Source: Bryobacterales bacterium (GTDB taxonomy: Bacteria; Acidobacteriota; Terriglobia; Bryobacterales; Bryobacteraceae). From it: a DNA stretch of 64,000 nucleotides. The stretch covers positions 14,698-78,697 of the forward strand of contig JADZCI010000096.1 in assembly GCA_020851655.1 (NCBI GenBank), in the 5' to 3' direction. Each line of letters starts with the position of its first letter. The first letter of the stretch is position 1. The notes below the pieces were generated by a model. The model was not told the DNA's origin, made no database searches, and saw only the letters and a list, made by a program, of their open reading frames with translations. A program made the position numbers and the translations under genes. Shown here piece after piece: positions 16,001 through 25,318 of the stretch.

Positions 16001-19000
16001 ATGCAGGACATTTTCTTGACCAAAGAGCAGGTTGAACTGCCCACTCCCATATTGGCGTTCGATTGCACTCTCGCCGACGGGCGGACCGAACGCTGGGCAT
16101 CTCATCGTGTGGTAGTCGAAGGGGAGGTATACGAACCCCGGGTCTTGGACCAAAGCCGGTTCGAGATGCGCGCGGCCGGCGATTCCGCCGAGAGCCGGTC
16201 CACCCTGACCCTGTCACTCGATAACCTTGACTCACATTTCTCAGAAGTCGAATCTGTTCTGGGATGGAAGGGCGCGAAGCTGCTAGCAAGGTTCGTATTT
16301 TACGACCTCGTTACCGATCAGGCGGTGACTGCACCGACGGCGGTCTACACCGGAACAGCAGATCCTCCCGTGGAGATCACAGAGTCCACGATGACCCTCA
16401 CGTTTCGCAGCCGGCTAGAGTTCAGCCGTAGTCTGTTGCCGCAAGTGAGAGTGCAAGCGCGGTGTCCCTGGCTCTTTCCTCGAACTCCAGAAGAGAGGCA
16501 ACTGGCGTTAGATGGGGCCGCACAGGAGAAATATTCGCCGTTTTACCGGTGTGGATACTCTCCTGATGTCGAGGGTGGAGTGGGGAACCTTGCCGTCGAT
16601 CAACCGTTCACGTCCTGCGATGGCACCCGAAAGTCCTGCATGGAACGAGGGATGTTTGACCGGGACCGCGTGGGAAACGAAACGAGGCGCTTCGGCGGCA
16701 TCGAGTTTGTGCCTGCCTCGATTCTTGTGCGGTCGTACGGCGACAAGACCCAACATGTCAGCGAGTCGTCGGCAAGCGCAACCAAGTACAACGACTTTGT
16801 ACCGCTTATCTACGGCACCGCCTGGCATAAGCCTTCGATCGTGTTCTCTCGAAATGACGGAAACCTGCTTCACCTGGAAGTGTTGTTGGGAACCGGTCCG
16901 ATTGAAGGAGTGCGGCGGGTTGTCGTAAATGACGTCGAGATGCCGCTGGGTATTAGTGGCGCAGACATGACGTCAACGGGCTGGTACAACGTTTGCAGCT
17001 ACGGCAACCGGAACGGTGGATTCAACCTAGACTTCACAGCGGCTGATGGAACTCCAGGGGGAGACCCCTACGGGGGAATGGCTTTCCTTTCGATTGTCGT
17101 TCCGAACCGGGTCGTGTCAGGGAGCAGCCAGCCGAAGATTCAGGTACTCCTTGACGGGCTTCGAGTACCTACTTTCTCTGACGACGGTCCCATTGCGGAG
17201 TTGTTCAGCCGGAACCCGGCATGGATCATGCTGGACATCTTGCGGCGAACCGGATGGACCTTGCATGAGATCGACCTGGGGTCTTTCGTTCGAGCCGCCA
17301 GCGTGTGTGACGAGCTGATCCAGGTGCTGAATCTGAATCAGGAGACCGTCTCCGTACCGCGCTTCGAAGTGAACCTGGTGCTGGCGCGCCGGCGAACCGT
17401 GGCGGAAGTGCTTCGCGGGATCCGAGCCACTGCCGGTCTGCTTCTGCGCTTGGGGCAGGATGGCAGGTTGGAACTGGCCGCAGAAGGAACGCTTCGAGCG
17501 CAGCATGCGGCAAAACCGGCCGGCAGTAACAGCACCACGACACTGTCAGGCGGGTGGCCTGCTTATGAGTTTGGCGACGGGACGGACGGTACATCGGGGA
17601 TCTTGAAGCGCCCGGGCGGCGGTCCCACACTGCGGATGTGGTCTAACCCCACCGCCGAAACTCCCAACCGGTACAGCGTCGAATTTCAGGACGCGTTCAA
17701 TGGCTATCAGCAAGACAGCATCTCGCTGGTAGACGTCGATGATGCGATTCGAGTGGGGTACGAGATCAGCGCCCCGCTGCCAGCTTTGGGCATTCCAACT
17801 TGTGAACAAGCACTTCGAGTCGTCAAGTTTCAATTGGCTCGTTCGGTTAACGGCAACCGGTTTATTGAACTGGCGACCAGTGTCCGAGGCCTCGCGATTC
17901 GTCCCGGGGACATCATCGCGATCACGTACGGCAAAGAGGGTTTCGACAGGACGCCTTTCCGCGTACTGTCCGTGCAGCCAACGTTCGACTATCAGACGGT
18001 ATCGATCCAGGCGCAGAAACATGAAGATGCCTGGTATGACGAGCTTGGATCTCCCAGCGGCGGGCTATCGTCCGAGCCTCGCCGCGGCGGGGTAGGCAAT
18101 GGCATTCCGCGCCCGTTGGTCCCGACGCTGATCGATCAGGACGGGAAGCCGGGTTTTGGAATCGAGGAAGAGGAAATCATCGGGACCGATGGCGGCGGCC
18201 AAGTGATGTTGCACGTCAACTTCACTCCACCGAAGCGTCCTTCCGGCGAGGCTTGGCGCCGCCCCCTAGTAAGCATGATTCCCACGATTACAGACGGAGG
18301 TTCACTTGAACCGGGGCGCATTTACTACTACGCCGTCAGTGGAATCGCCGGCAACGGTGACGAGAGCGGGCTATCGTTTGTGGTGACTGTCGAGACACCA
18401 TCGGCTCCCGGCGGTTACACGGTGACCCTGTCAGGGATGTGGTTTCCGGGAGGCTACCGCGGTTTTCGCCTCTATCGAGGCGACAGCCCGGCAACTCTGG
18501 TCTCGGTGGCGGAGTCAGACACGTTGTCCACGGAGGTCACCGATGCGGGAGATACTCCGATGGGCGATGTTCCGCCGGACGAGAATTATGACCATGCGAA
18601 CTTCTATTCGCGCATGGAGATTGTGCCTCCGGTCTCGGTCGAGTCGTCAGGGCCAGACTGGGTGAGCGCCAGCGCCATCGGCTTGCCTGACGACGCCTTG
18701 AAGGGATACATCGTCCGCATCACGGAGGGTCGCGGTGCGGGCCAGGAAGTTCGAATCCTGTCGAATTCCGGCCAGACAATCACGGTGGCTCAGCCGTGGA
18801 CTGTGGGTCTCGATGCGGGCAGCCGATTTGCCGTTGTTGAGGCCGGATGGCAGTTTGCCGGAACCACCAACACCAGCGATATCCGGTTCACGGCGCCGAA
18901 CCGGCGCTGCAGTGTCATCCAGATTGTAGGCCGGTCGGCGAATTTCGAGGATGTGGAATGTGACCCGGCGCGATGCTTTGTGGCGCGGTGGACCATTGGC

Positions 19001-19921
19001 GGATCGGCGGGTGGGGAAGCCGACGGAGACATTCCGCCCAAACCGACGTTTTCCGTCAAAGCCGGACAAGCGCAGTCGGTCGAAGTCAGCGGGATCGGAT
19101 TCGACAGCTTGGAAAATACGGAATCGATCCAGGCCGGGACACTGATCCTATACTACTGGGATGAACTCACAGCGGGCACGTGTCCGCAACTGAACCTCGG
19201 ATTCGCTCCGGCGGATGAAGTCCTTGAGCTCCAGAGTGACGCGGAGTTTGTTGTGGGCGACATGCTCCAAGTCGATCAAGAACTGGTGCAGGTCCTGAGC
19301 GTTGACGGTTCGCGACACTATCAGGTGGACCGGGGCAAACTCGGCACTCCAATAGCCGGTCATGCCGCGGGGGCGATGGTCGAATTGCTCGCTCGGAACA
19401 TTGCCATCACGGCATTTCCGAAACAATTCTTTGCCAGTTCAGCCAGTTCTGCGTTCATGTGGCCGGTGAGCGCCGGGACATGGCGAATCGCCGCAGCGGA
19501 GTTGTACGTGACAAACTCGATGGGGAACAGTCCTACCGCTGCTCTCCATTTCACCTCGACAACCGATCGTGGGCTGAAGGTCCTGTCCGGCGGTCAATAC
19601 ACGCTCCAGGTTCCTGGGCAACTTGCTGTTCGATCGAATTGCGTTCCTCCTGTACTCGTCACGGAACCGAAGGTGGTTCGCGATGTCCAGGCGACGATTC
19701 TTGTTGCACCGCAGGGCGCACCTCTAGTTGTTCGCCTGACCGCCGACGGATCACCGCTGGCTGAACTGACGATTCAGGGCGGACAGACCGGTTCCGATCC
19801 GCTGTCTGGCGCACTGCCGGTGCTGCCGGCTGGCTCAAAACTCAATGTCGATATTCTTTCAGTGGGTTCTGGTGGCGGAGTGGAGACGGGTAGGGACCTG
19901 ACGGTAACCGTATTGCTTTGA
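16001..19921 (+). CDS. host-specificity / central tail hub protein (lambda gpJ-like, Phage-tail_3 + FN3)
   Basis: 1306 aa. NPAWIMLDILRRTGWTLHEIDLGSFVRAASVCDE matches the gpJ/Phage-tail_3 signature. An FN3-like segment is present (GRIYYYAVSGIAGNGDESG...YRGFRLYRG). The N-terminal roughly 250 aa resemble hub proteins (DUF2163/gpL-like). Confidence 0.85.
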   Translation: MQDIFLTKEQVELPTPILAFDCTLADGRTERWASHRVVVEGEVYEPRVLDQSRFEMRAAGDSAESRSTLTLSLDNLDSHFSEVESVLGWKGAKLLARFVFYDLVTDQAVTAPTAVYTGTADPPVEITESTMTLTFRSRLEFSRSLLPQVRVQARCPWLFPRTPEERQLALDGAAQEKYSPFYRCGYSPDVEGGVGNLAVDQPFTSCDGTRKSCMERGMFDRDRVGNETRRFGGIEFVPASILVRSYGDKTQHVSESSASATKYNDFVPLIYGTAWHKPSIVFSRNDGNLLHLEVLLGTGPIEGVRRVVVNDVEMPLGISGADMTSTGWYNVCSYGNRNGGFNLDFTAADGTPGGDPYGGMAFLSIVVPNRVVSGSSQPKIQVLLDGLRVPTFSDDGPIAELFSRNPAWIMLDILRRTGWTLHEIDLGSFVRAASVCDELIQVLNLNQETVSVPRFEVNLVLARRRTVAEVLRGIRATAGLLLRLGQDGRLELAAEGTLRAQHAAKPAGSNSTTTLSGGWPAYEFGDGTDGTSGILKRPGGGPTLRMWSNPTAETPNRYSVEFQDAFNGYQQDSISLVDVDDAIRVGYEISAPLPALGIPTCEQALRVVKFQLARSVNGNRFIELATSVRGLAIRPGDIIAITYGKEGFDRTPFRVLSVQPTFDYQTVSIQAQKHEDAWYDELGSPSGGLSSEPRRGGVGNGIPRPLVPTLIDQDGKPGFGIEEEEIIGTDGGGQVMLHVNFTPPKRPSGEAWRRPLVSMIPTITDGGSLEPGRIYYYAVSGIAGNGDESGLSFVVTVETPSAPGGYTVTLSGMWFPGGYRGFRLYRGDSPATLVSVAESDTLSTEVTDAGDTPMGDVPPDENYDHANFYSRMEIVPPVSVESSGPDWVSASAIGLPDDALKGYIVRITEGRGAGQEVRILSNSGQTITVAQPWTVGLDAGSRFAVVEAGWQFAGTTNTSDIRFTAPNRRCSVIQIVGRSANFEDVECDPARCFVARWTIGGSAGGEADGDIPPKPTFSVKAGQAQSVEVSGIGFDSLENTESIQAGTLILYYWDELTAGTCPQLNLGFAPADEVLELQSDAEFVVGDMLQVDQELVQVLSVDGSRHYQVDRGKLGTPIAGHAAGAMVELLARNIAITAFPKQFFASSASSAFMWPVSAGTWRIAAAELYVTNSMGNSPTAALHFTSTTDRGLKVLSGGQYTLQVPGQLAVRSNCVPPVLVTEPKVVRDVQATILVAPQGAPLVVRLTADGSPLAELTIQGGQTGSDPLSGALPVLPAGSKLNVDILSVGSGGGVETGRDLTVTVLL

Positions 19922-19995
19922 ACAGCGATCGACGGGGCTTGCCGGGATCGAGCAATCGAGTCTATACTCGGATTTTCGAACTCGAACTTGCTGGG

Positions 19996-20271
19996 ATGGT
20001 TCGGATGACAGGCCACGACGATTTCGATCCGATCACGGTTCAGCGCGAAGCGGCTATGTTCTACGGACTCTTTTTGCGCGGCCACTCGGCCGACAAACTG
20101 AGGCGAGACATAGACATTCCGCGCGAGACACTCGATCGGTGGCTCAGCCGGCCTCATTACGAGGGTGATTTTCGTGATAACGCCCGGCGTGTCTATGAGT
20201 TCCGCAAGCAGGTGCTGGCCGTGTTTGAAGAATTGGTCTGCCAAGCGCGGTCCAAGGCGCGCCTCCAATAG
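19996..20271 (+). CDS. hypothetical small protein at the distal end of the phage-like cluster
   Basis: The ORF track gives 19918-20271 with a TTG start overlapping the J stop. An internal ATG at 19996 (MVRMTGHDD) is more plausible. It has helical, weakly HTH-like content (DIPRETLDRWLSRP). Confidence 0.3.
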   Translation: MVRMTGHDDFDPITVQREAAMFYGLFLRGHSADKLRRDIDIPRETLDRWLSRPHYEGDFRDNARRVYEFRKQVLAVFEELVCQARSKARLQ

Positions 20272-20276
20272 AGAGA

Positions 20277-22424
20277 CTACGGTTTCAACGCGTCGATGAA
20301 GAAGTCGGTCGCAGTCTCAAGCATGTGCGCGCGAGCTTTTCCGGACACGCCGTGGCTTTTCTGCGGATAGACTTGCAGGTCAAATTCCCGTCCAGCGAGT
20401 TGGAAAGCGTTCGTCATCTGCAAGGCATTAGCAAAAAGGACATTGTCGTCGCCGATATTGTGAATCAAAAGTAGCTTGCCTTTGAGGTTGGCAGCCGCGG
20501 AAACCGGCGAACTCGACTTGTAGCCTTCCTCGTTGTCCTGCGGCAGCCCAAGGTAACGCTCCGTGTAGATGGTGTCGTAGTTGCGCCAATCGGTGACGGC
20601 GGCCCCCGCGACGCCGGCAGCAAAGGTTTCCGGGGCGTGTAGCAACGCGTAGAGCGTCATGAATCCGCCGTAGCTCCAGCCATAGATTCCGATGCGAGCA
20701 GGGTCGACGAATCCAAGCGACAGGAGGTATTTCACCCCCTGTTGTTGATCGCCGAGTTCCTGCTTGCCGAAGCGGCGATACAGCTTTGATTCCCAAAGGT
20801 GTCCGCGCCCGGACGACCCGCGATTGTCCATTTGCCAGATAACGAAACCTTTGTGAGCCAGCACCTGATCCCACGTGACGCCTGAGAATGAATTGCGTAC
20901 AGTCTGCGCGCCCGGCCCGCCATAGACCATGACAATCGCCGGGTATCGCTTCGTGGGGTCGAAGCCAGCAGGCTTGATCAGGCGGGCATAGAATTGAGCG
21001 CCATCATCGGACTTGAAAGTATGGATCTCTGACTTGAGGATGTCGTATTCGTCCAGGTCTTTGCGATCGGATTCTTTCAGGACGGCAATCTCAGTGCCGT
21101 CCTCGCCGCGATTCAGCGTCCTTCGCGCCGGTGTATCGGCGTTGCTAAATGAATCCACGAAGAATTCGCATGTAGGACTCATCGACACAAGATGTGAGCC
21201 TTCGAGCCGGGTTAGCTGCCGCTTCTTCCTGCCCTCGAAGTTGATCGAATAGAGGTGGCGCTCCAGCGGGTTTTTCTCGGTGGATACGTAATAGATGCGC
21301 TCGTTGCGTTCGTCCACACATGCGATGTTGGAGACTTCCCAGTCGCCTTTAGTGAGTTGGCGCGCGTGATTCGAATCAGCGGGGTAGCGGTAGATGTGCC
21401 GATACCCGTCCTTTTCGCTGGTCAGAAGGAAACCGCCTTTTGACAGATAGCGGAAATCGTCATTGACGTTGATCCACGCGGGATCCGATTCCTGAACCAG
21501 CGTGCGGGCGCTATTGGCTTCCACATCGTTCGCCAGAATCTGCAACCTGTTCTGCACCCGGTTCAACCTGTGAACCGTCACGTCGCGGCTATTGGGTGAC
21601 CAGTGCAATCTGGCGATCAGATGGTCTCTCGACTCACCAAAGTCCAACCACTTGGTTGTCCCCCCTGTGAAGCCGACGACACCGATTCGGACATCGGCAT
21701 TTGGGGTGCCCGCCTTCGGATAACGCTGGGGTTCAAAAACCGCCTTGATGGGCAAGGGGTCCACATGCGGATAGATGGGCTCCCGGCTGACGTCAAATTG
21801 CATATAAGCGATGCTTCTTGAATCGGGCGCCCACCAGTGTGCTGTGCCAAGGTTGAGCTCTTCAGGGTAGACCCAATCCAGCATTCCATTCCAAAGGGTC
21901 GCGGAACCGTCAGTCGTCAGCATTGTCGTCTTGTTCGAGGCGATATCGAGGAGGTACAGGTTGTGGTCAATCCGGAACGATACCTTTGTCGCATCGGGCG
22001 ACAACTTCGCATCCCGTTCCGCGGTTGAGGTCCTAGTGAGCTGACGCGTCTCCTCCCCTTCTTTCCACAGAAACAAATCCCCATTCAGGATCAGCAGGAT
22101 CGCATCACCGTTTTGGGACCACTGAATCGGACGTTCGGCGACCCGGCGGTTCTCCCACTCCATTGCTTTCGCATCAGGCGGCTGAACCGCGCTCTTCTGT
22201 AGCGTGTCGAGTGACAGCAACTCCTTTTCTGTTCTTGCCGCAACGTCGTAAAGCATCAGGCGCTGGCCTTGCCGCGAAACAAAACTATTCCCGCCAGGAG
22301 ACCAAATAGCGCCTCCGCCGAATTCCGGCATCCGCGTGCGCTGCAGAGCATCGAGCGTCACGGGTTTCTTGTCAGCCGCCAGTACGGGAAAAAGCGCGAG
22401 ACCACAGAGGATAGAACGAAACAT
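20277..22424 (-). CDS. dipeptidyl-peptidase IV / S9B prolyl oligopeptidase family serine peptidase
   Basis: Signal peptide MFRSILCGLALFPVLAA, a DPP-IV N-terminal beta-propeller region, and a catalytic Ser in GIYGWSYGGFM. The C-terminal Asp/His region is HNIGDDNV...KSHG. Confidence 0.9.
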   Translation of the reverse strand: MFRSILCGLALFPVLAADKKPVTLDALQRTRMPEFGGGAIWSPGGNSFVSRQGQRLMLYDVAARTEKELLSLDTLQKSAVQPPDAKAMEWENRRVAERPIQWSQNGDAILLILNGDLFLWKEGEETRQLTRTSTAERDAKLSPDATKVSFRIDHNLYLLDIASNKTTMLTTDGSATLWNGMLDWVYPEELNLGTAHWWAPDSRSIAYMQFDVSREPIYPHVDPLPIKAVFEPQRYPKAGTPNADVRIGVVGFTGGTTKWLDFGESRDHLIARLHWSPNSRDVTVHRLNRVQNRLQILANDVEANSARTLVQESDPAWINVNDDFRYLSKGGFLLTSEKDGYRHIYRYPADSNHARQLTKGDWEVSNIACVDERNERIYYVSTEKNPLERHLYSINFEGRKKRQLTRLEGSHLVSMSPTCEFFVDSFSNADTPARRTLNRGEDGTEIAVLKESDRKDLDEYDILKSEIHTFKSDDGAQFYARLIKPAGFDPTKRYPAIVMVYGGPGAQTVRNSFSGVTWDQVLAHKGFVIWQMDNRGSSGRGHLWESKLYRRFGKQELGDQQQGVKYLLSLGFVDPARIGIYGWSYGGFMTLYALLHAPETFAAGVAGAAVTDWRNYDTIYTERYLGLPQDNEEGYKSSSPVSAAANLKGKLLLIHNIGDDNVLFANALQMTNAFQLAGREFDLQVYPQKSHGVSGKARAHMLETATDFFIDALKP

Positions 22425-22475
22425 AGCCAGTATTAGTGATTGTATCGGTTGCGCTCACGCTACAATTGCACTGTA

Positions 22476-22916
22476 GTGACAGGGCGGATACTTGCGCTCG
22501 ATGTCGGCCGGCGTCGAATTGGCTTGGCGGTCAGTGATCCGTTAGGGCTGACGGCTCAAGGGCTGCCGACTTTGGAGCGCGTGCGCATGCGGACCGATCT
22601 CTCGCAACTTGCCCGTACCGCGCGCGAGAATGAAGTCGAACGTATCCTGGTCGGCCTACCGTTGCAGATGAGCGGAACCGAAGGCCGGCAAGCAGAGTAC
22701 GTGCGCGAGTTTGCGGGCCGGCTGGAACGGGAGACGGGATTGCCAATCGTGTTTTGGGATGAGCGGTTCACGACGGTGGAGGCAAACCGGGTTCTGCGCG
22801 AAAGCGGAATCGGCCTTGAAAAGCGAGTGAAGGCAGTTGACAAGCTTGCCGCCGTGATTCTGTTGGAGAGCTATCTGGAAGCGCTGGCCTTGAGTGACGA
22901 GCCCACTGAAGTATGA
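22476..22916 (+). CDS. ruvX: Holliday junction resolvase-like protein RuvX (YqgF)
   Basis: ILALDVGRRRIGLAVSD N-terminal motif, about 146 aa from the GTG at 22476. The ORF track start at 22440 is TTG. Confidence 0.85.
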   Translation: MTGRILALDVGRRRIGLAVSDPLGLTAQGLPTLERVRMRTDLSQLARTARENEVERILVGLPLQMSGTEGRQAEYVREFAGRLERETGLPIVFWDERFTTVEANRVLRESGIGLEKRVKAVDKLAAVILLESYLEALALSDEPTEV

Positions 22917-23974
22917 AGGCTATAGTCCGCCTGGGAATACTGGTATTGCTGGTTGTGGCGGCGGGAATCGCCGTTCTGGTCTTCAAGTCACAACTGTTCG
23001 AGCAGAAGTATGCCGGCTTTCAGAAACCCGTCTTCGTCGAAATCGTAAAAGGAACTGGAACCCTCAGAATCGCGGAGCAACTAGCATCTTCTGGTGTGAT
23101 CCGCGATTCGTGGCAATTCGTCGCGATGCGGTTGCTCCGAATGGGCAAAGCGCCGCAAGCCGGAGACTATCAGTTCAAGAATGCGGCCAGCGCCGCCGAA
23201 GTATTTGATCGTATCGCGCGGGGCGATGTCTTCTATCACGAACTGCGCGTGCCCGAAGGCAGCAACATTTGGGATATCGCGGCTCTGGTTGAAGACCACC
23301 AAATTGTAAGATCGGTGGATTTCCTGGTTGCGGCCCGAAATTCCCAGATGATTCGCGACCTTGTACCAACCGCAAGCTCACTTGAGGGGTATCTGTTTCC
23401 GGCCACGTACAAGTTCAAACGGCACGTGACAGCGGAGCAAATCTGCCGCACGATGACCGGACATTTTCGCAAGGTTTGGAAGGAACTTGGAGCCGAACGA
23501 AACATCCACGAAGTGGTAACGCTCGCGTCCATGGTTGAGAAGGAGGCGAAGTTGCCGGCGGAGCGGGCTTTGATCGCAGGGGTATATGCAAACCGCCTTG
23601 GAAAAGGGATGAGGATGGATTGCGACCCCACGGTGATCTACGCCGCTCTTCTCGAAGACCGCTACCGGGGCGCAATCTACCAGTCCGACCTGAACAGTGA
23701 AAACCCCTACAACACATACAAGAAGACTGGCTTGCCGCCTGGCCCAATCGCAAACCCGGGCTTGCTGGCGTTAGAAGCGGCGCTCCATCCTCAGGAGACG
23801 CAGAACTTGTTCTTTGTGGCCAAGCCCGATGGTTCGGGTGGTCACGTTTTTTCGGCGTCTATGAAGGCGCACAACGCGGCCGTGGCAGAGTATCGCAAAG
23901 GCGCTGACGGTGAGAAACAAGAGAAGCCGAATTCTGGCGCACCTTCAAACGCGCGGCGAAGCAGCCGTCGATGA
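22913..23974 (+). CDS. mltG: endolytic murein transglycosylase MltG (YceG-like)
   Basis: N-terminal TM helix, then YceG-family blocks (LASMVEKEA, YANRLGKGMRLDCDPTVIYA, NPYNTYKKTGLPPGPIANPG). Overlaps the ruvX stop. Confidence 0.9.
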   Translation: MKAIVRLGILVLLVVAAGIAVLVFKSQLFEQKYAGFQKPVFVEIVKGTGTLRIAEQLASSGVIRDSWQFVAMRLLRMGKAPQAGDYQFKNAASAAEVFDRIARGDVFYHELRVPEGSNIWDIAALVEDHQIVRSVDFLVAARNSQMIRDLVPTASSLEGYLFPATYKFKRHVTAEQICRTMTGHFRKVWKELGAERNIHEVVTLASMVEKEAKLPAERALIAGVYANRLGKGMRMDCDPTVIYAALLEDRYRGAIYQSDLNSENPYNTYKKTGLPPGPIANPGLLALEAALHPQETQNLFFVAKPDGSGGHVFSASMKAHNAAVAEYRKGADGEKQEKPNSGAPSNARRSSRR

Positions 23975-24326
23975 GCGCGAGTTCGCGGAGTTGAAGCGGG
24001 TTTTTCCCGACTGTTCCGAACGCCTCCTGCGATCTGTCCTGCGTGATTCCGGACTGCCTTTGCGGCCGATGGTGGAGGGTGTGCGCCAGGACAATCTGGA
24101 CAACTTGGAGAGATCGCTCCTCGCCCTGTTATCCGAATATGAGGCCGGAGGTCAAGATCGAAGGAAGCGAATTCGAAGTCTTGTGATTAGCGCAAAGGCT
24201 CATGCCCGTTGGGCCAGCCGCAGCAAACCACAGAAGACCGAAATGGTGTTATGGCTCCAGACCTGGCTCGAGAATCCAGCGGTCTTTCCGGTCTGGGCAG
24301 ACTTGAGGAGGCGGGCGAGAGAGTGA
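23910..24326 (+). CDS. hypothetical protein
   Basis: 138-aa ORF overlapping the mltG 3' end by 65 nt. No motif recognised; coding status is uncertain. Confidence 0.3.
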   Translation: MRNKRSRILAHLQTRGEAAVDEREFAELKRVFPDCSERLLRSVLRDSGLPLRPMVEGVRQDNLDNLERSLLALLSEYEAGGQDRRKRIRSLVISAKAHARWASRSKPQKTEMVLWLQTWLENPAVFPVWADLRRRARE

Positions 24327-24334
24327 TGCTTTTC

Positions 24335-25222
24335 CTACCTTTCGGCGGCTGCCGAGGCTCGCGGTTGGCGGCCTGACGCCAGGATGCTTGCCACTGTTGC
24401 CGCCAGGATCAGCGCCCCTCCAGTCAGACCCCAGCCGGACGGTCTTTCGCCGTGGGTGAGCCACGACCAAAAGGGATTCAGCACCGGCTCAACCAGGAGA
24501 AACGCCGAGGTCTCAAATGCCCTTGTGACACGCATCCCCCGCGTCAGGAGCCAATATGCCGCCGCAATCTGGATGCAGCCAAGATAGAGGATTACAGTCA
24601 GGTCGGTGTTGGACCACGCCATGACCGGCCACGCCTGGGGAAGTGCAAAGAGGAAGACCAAGGCGTTGCCGGCAGCCACTGTGGCCAAAGCCGAGTTGTC
24701 AGTTGATTTCCTGGCCAGCCATCTCAACCCGGTCAAGGTAAGCGCATAGGTGAATCCGGAAGCCGCCGCCAGCAGGTTGCCGAGAGGCGGGTTCGATGCC
24801 GTACGCAGCGGTGTGTCCGTTCCACGAAACAACAACACCATGCCGGCCGCCAGCATCGCGGCGAGCCAAACGTCGGCGCGCCGGATCCTTTCATGCAGCA
24901 AGAGGGGGCCCAGCAGGAGCAGATACGCCGGCGCGGTGGACTGCAAGAAGATCGTATTGGCGGAAGTGGTGAGCTTGTTGGCAAGGACGAAAAGGATCAG
25001 AGTCGCCGCATAGGCGGATGCGACGGGCAGCACTCGCCAAGACCACCCTCGTCGAGACTCAGGAAGCAGGATGAGCAAGGCGACTGCCGCCACCAGGCTG
25101 CGCGCGGACGCCGCCTGCCAGCCTGTCAGGGTGGTAGCTTTGATCGCGGCCCCGCCGGTGGAGAATAACACGGCCGCTCCAACTACCATGAGCCGCGCGG
25201 CGGGCGCGCTTGCCGGAAACAT
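24335..25222 (-). CDS. EamA/DMT family transporter
   Basis: 295 aa, about 10 hydrophobic helices, two EamA-like halves. Confidence 0.8.
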   Translation of the reverse strand: MFPASAPAARLMVVGAAVLFSTGGAAIKATTLTGWQAASARSLVAAVALLILLPESRRGWSWRVLPVASAYAATLILFVLANKLTTSANTIFLQSTAPAYLLLLGPLLLHERIRRADVWLAAMLAAGMVLLFRGTDTPLRTASNPPLGNLLAAASGFTYALTLTGLRWLARKSTDNSALATVAAGNALVFLFALPQAWPVMAWSNTDLTVILYLGCIQIAAAYWLLTRGMRVTRAFETSAFLLVEPVLNPFWSWLTHGERPSGWGLTGGALILAATVASILASGRQPRASAAAER

Positions 25223-25318
25223 GGGGATTCTTTACGCTAGCACGTGGTAGCGGGCCGGAATCAGACGCGTGTTGGTACACTAGTAGCTTGTTAGCCCGAC
25301 GCGTCTAACAGCACACGC

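Larger units (their letters stand above)
6027..20271 (+). mobile_element. phage-derived head-tail structural gene cluster (GTA-like element or prophage remnant lacking lysogeny, replication and lysis modules)
   Basis: About 16 co-directional, overlapping or closely spaced ORFs in canonical siphovirus order, from terminase to host-specificity protein. Housekeeping genes (pfk, DPP-IV) flank both sides. Confidence 0.8.
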
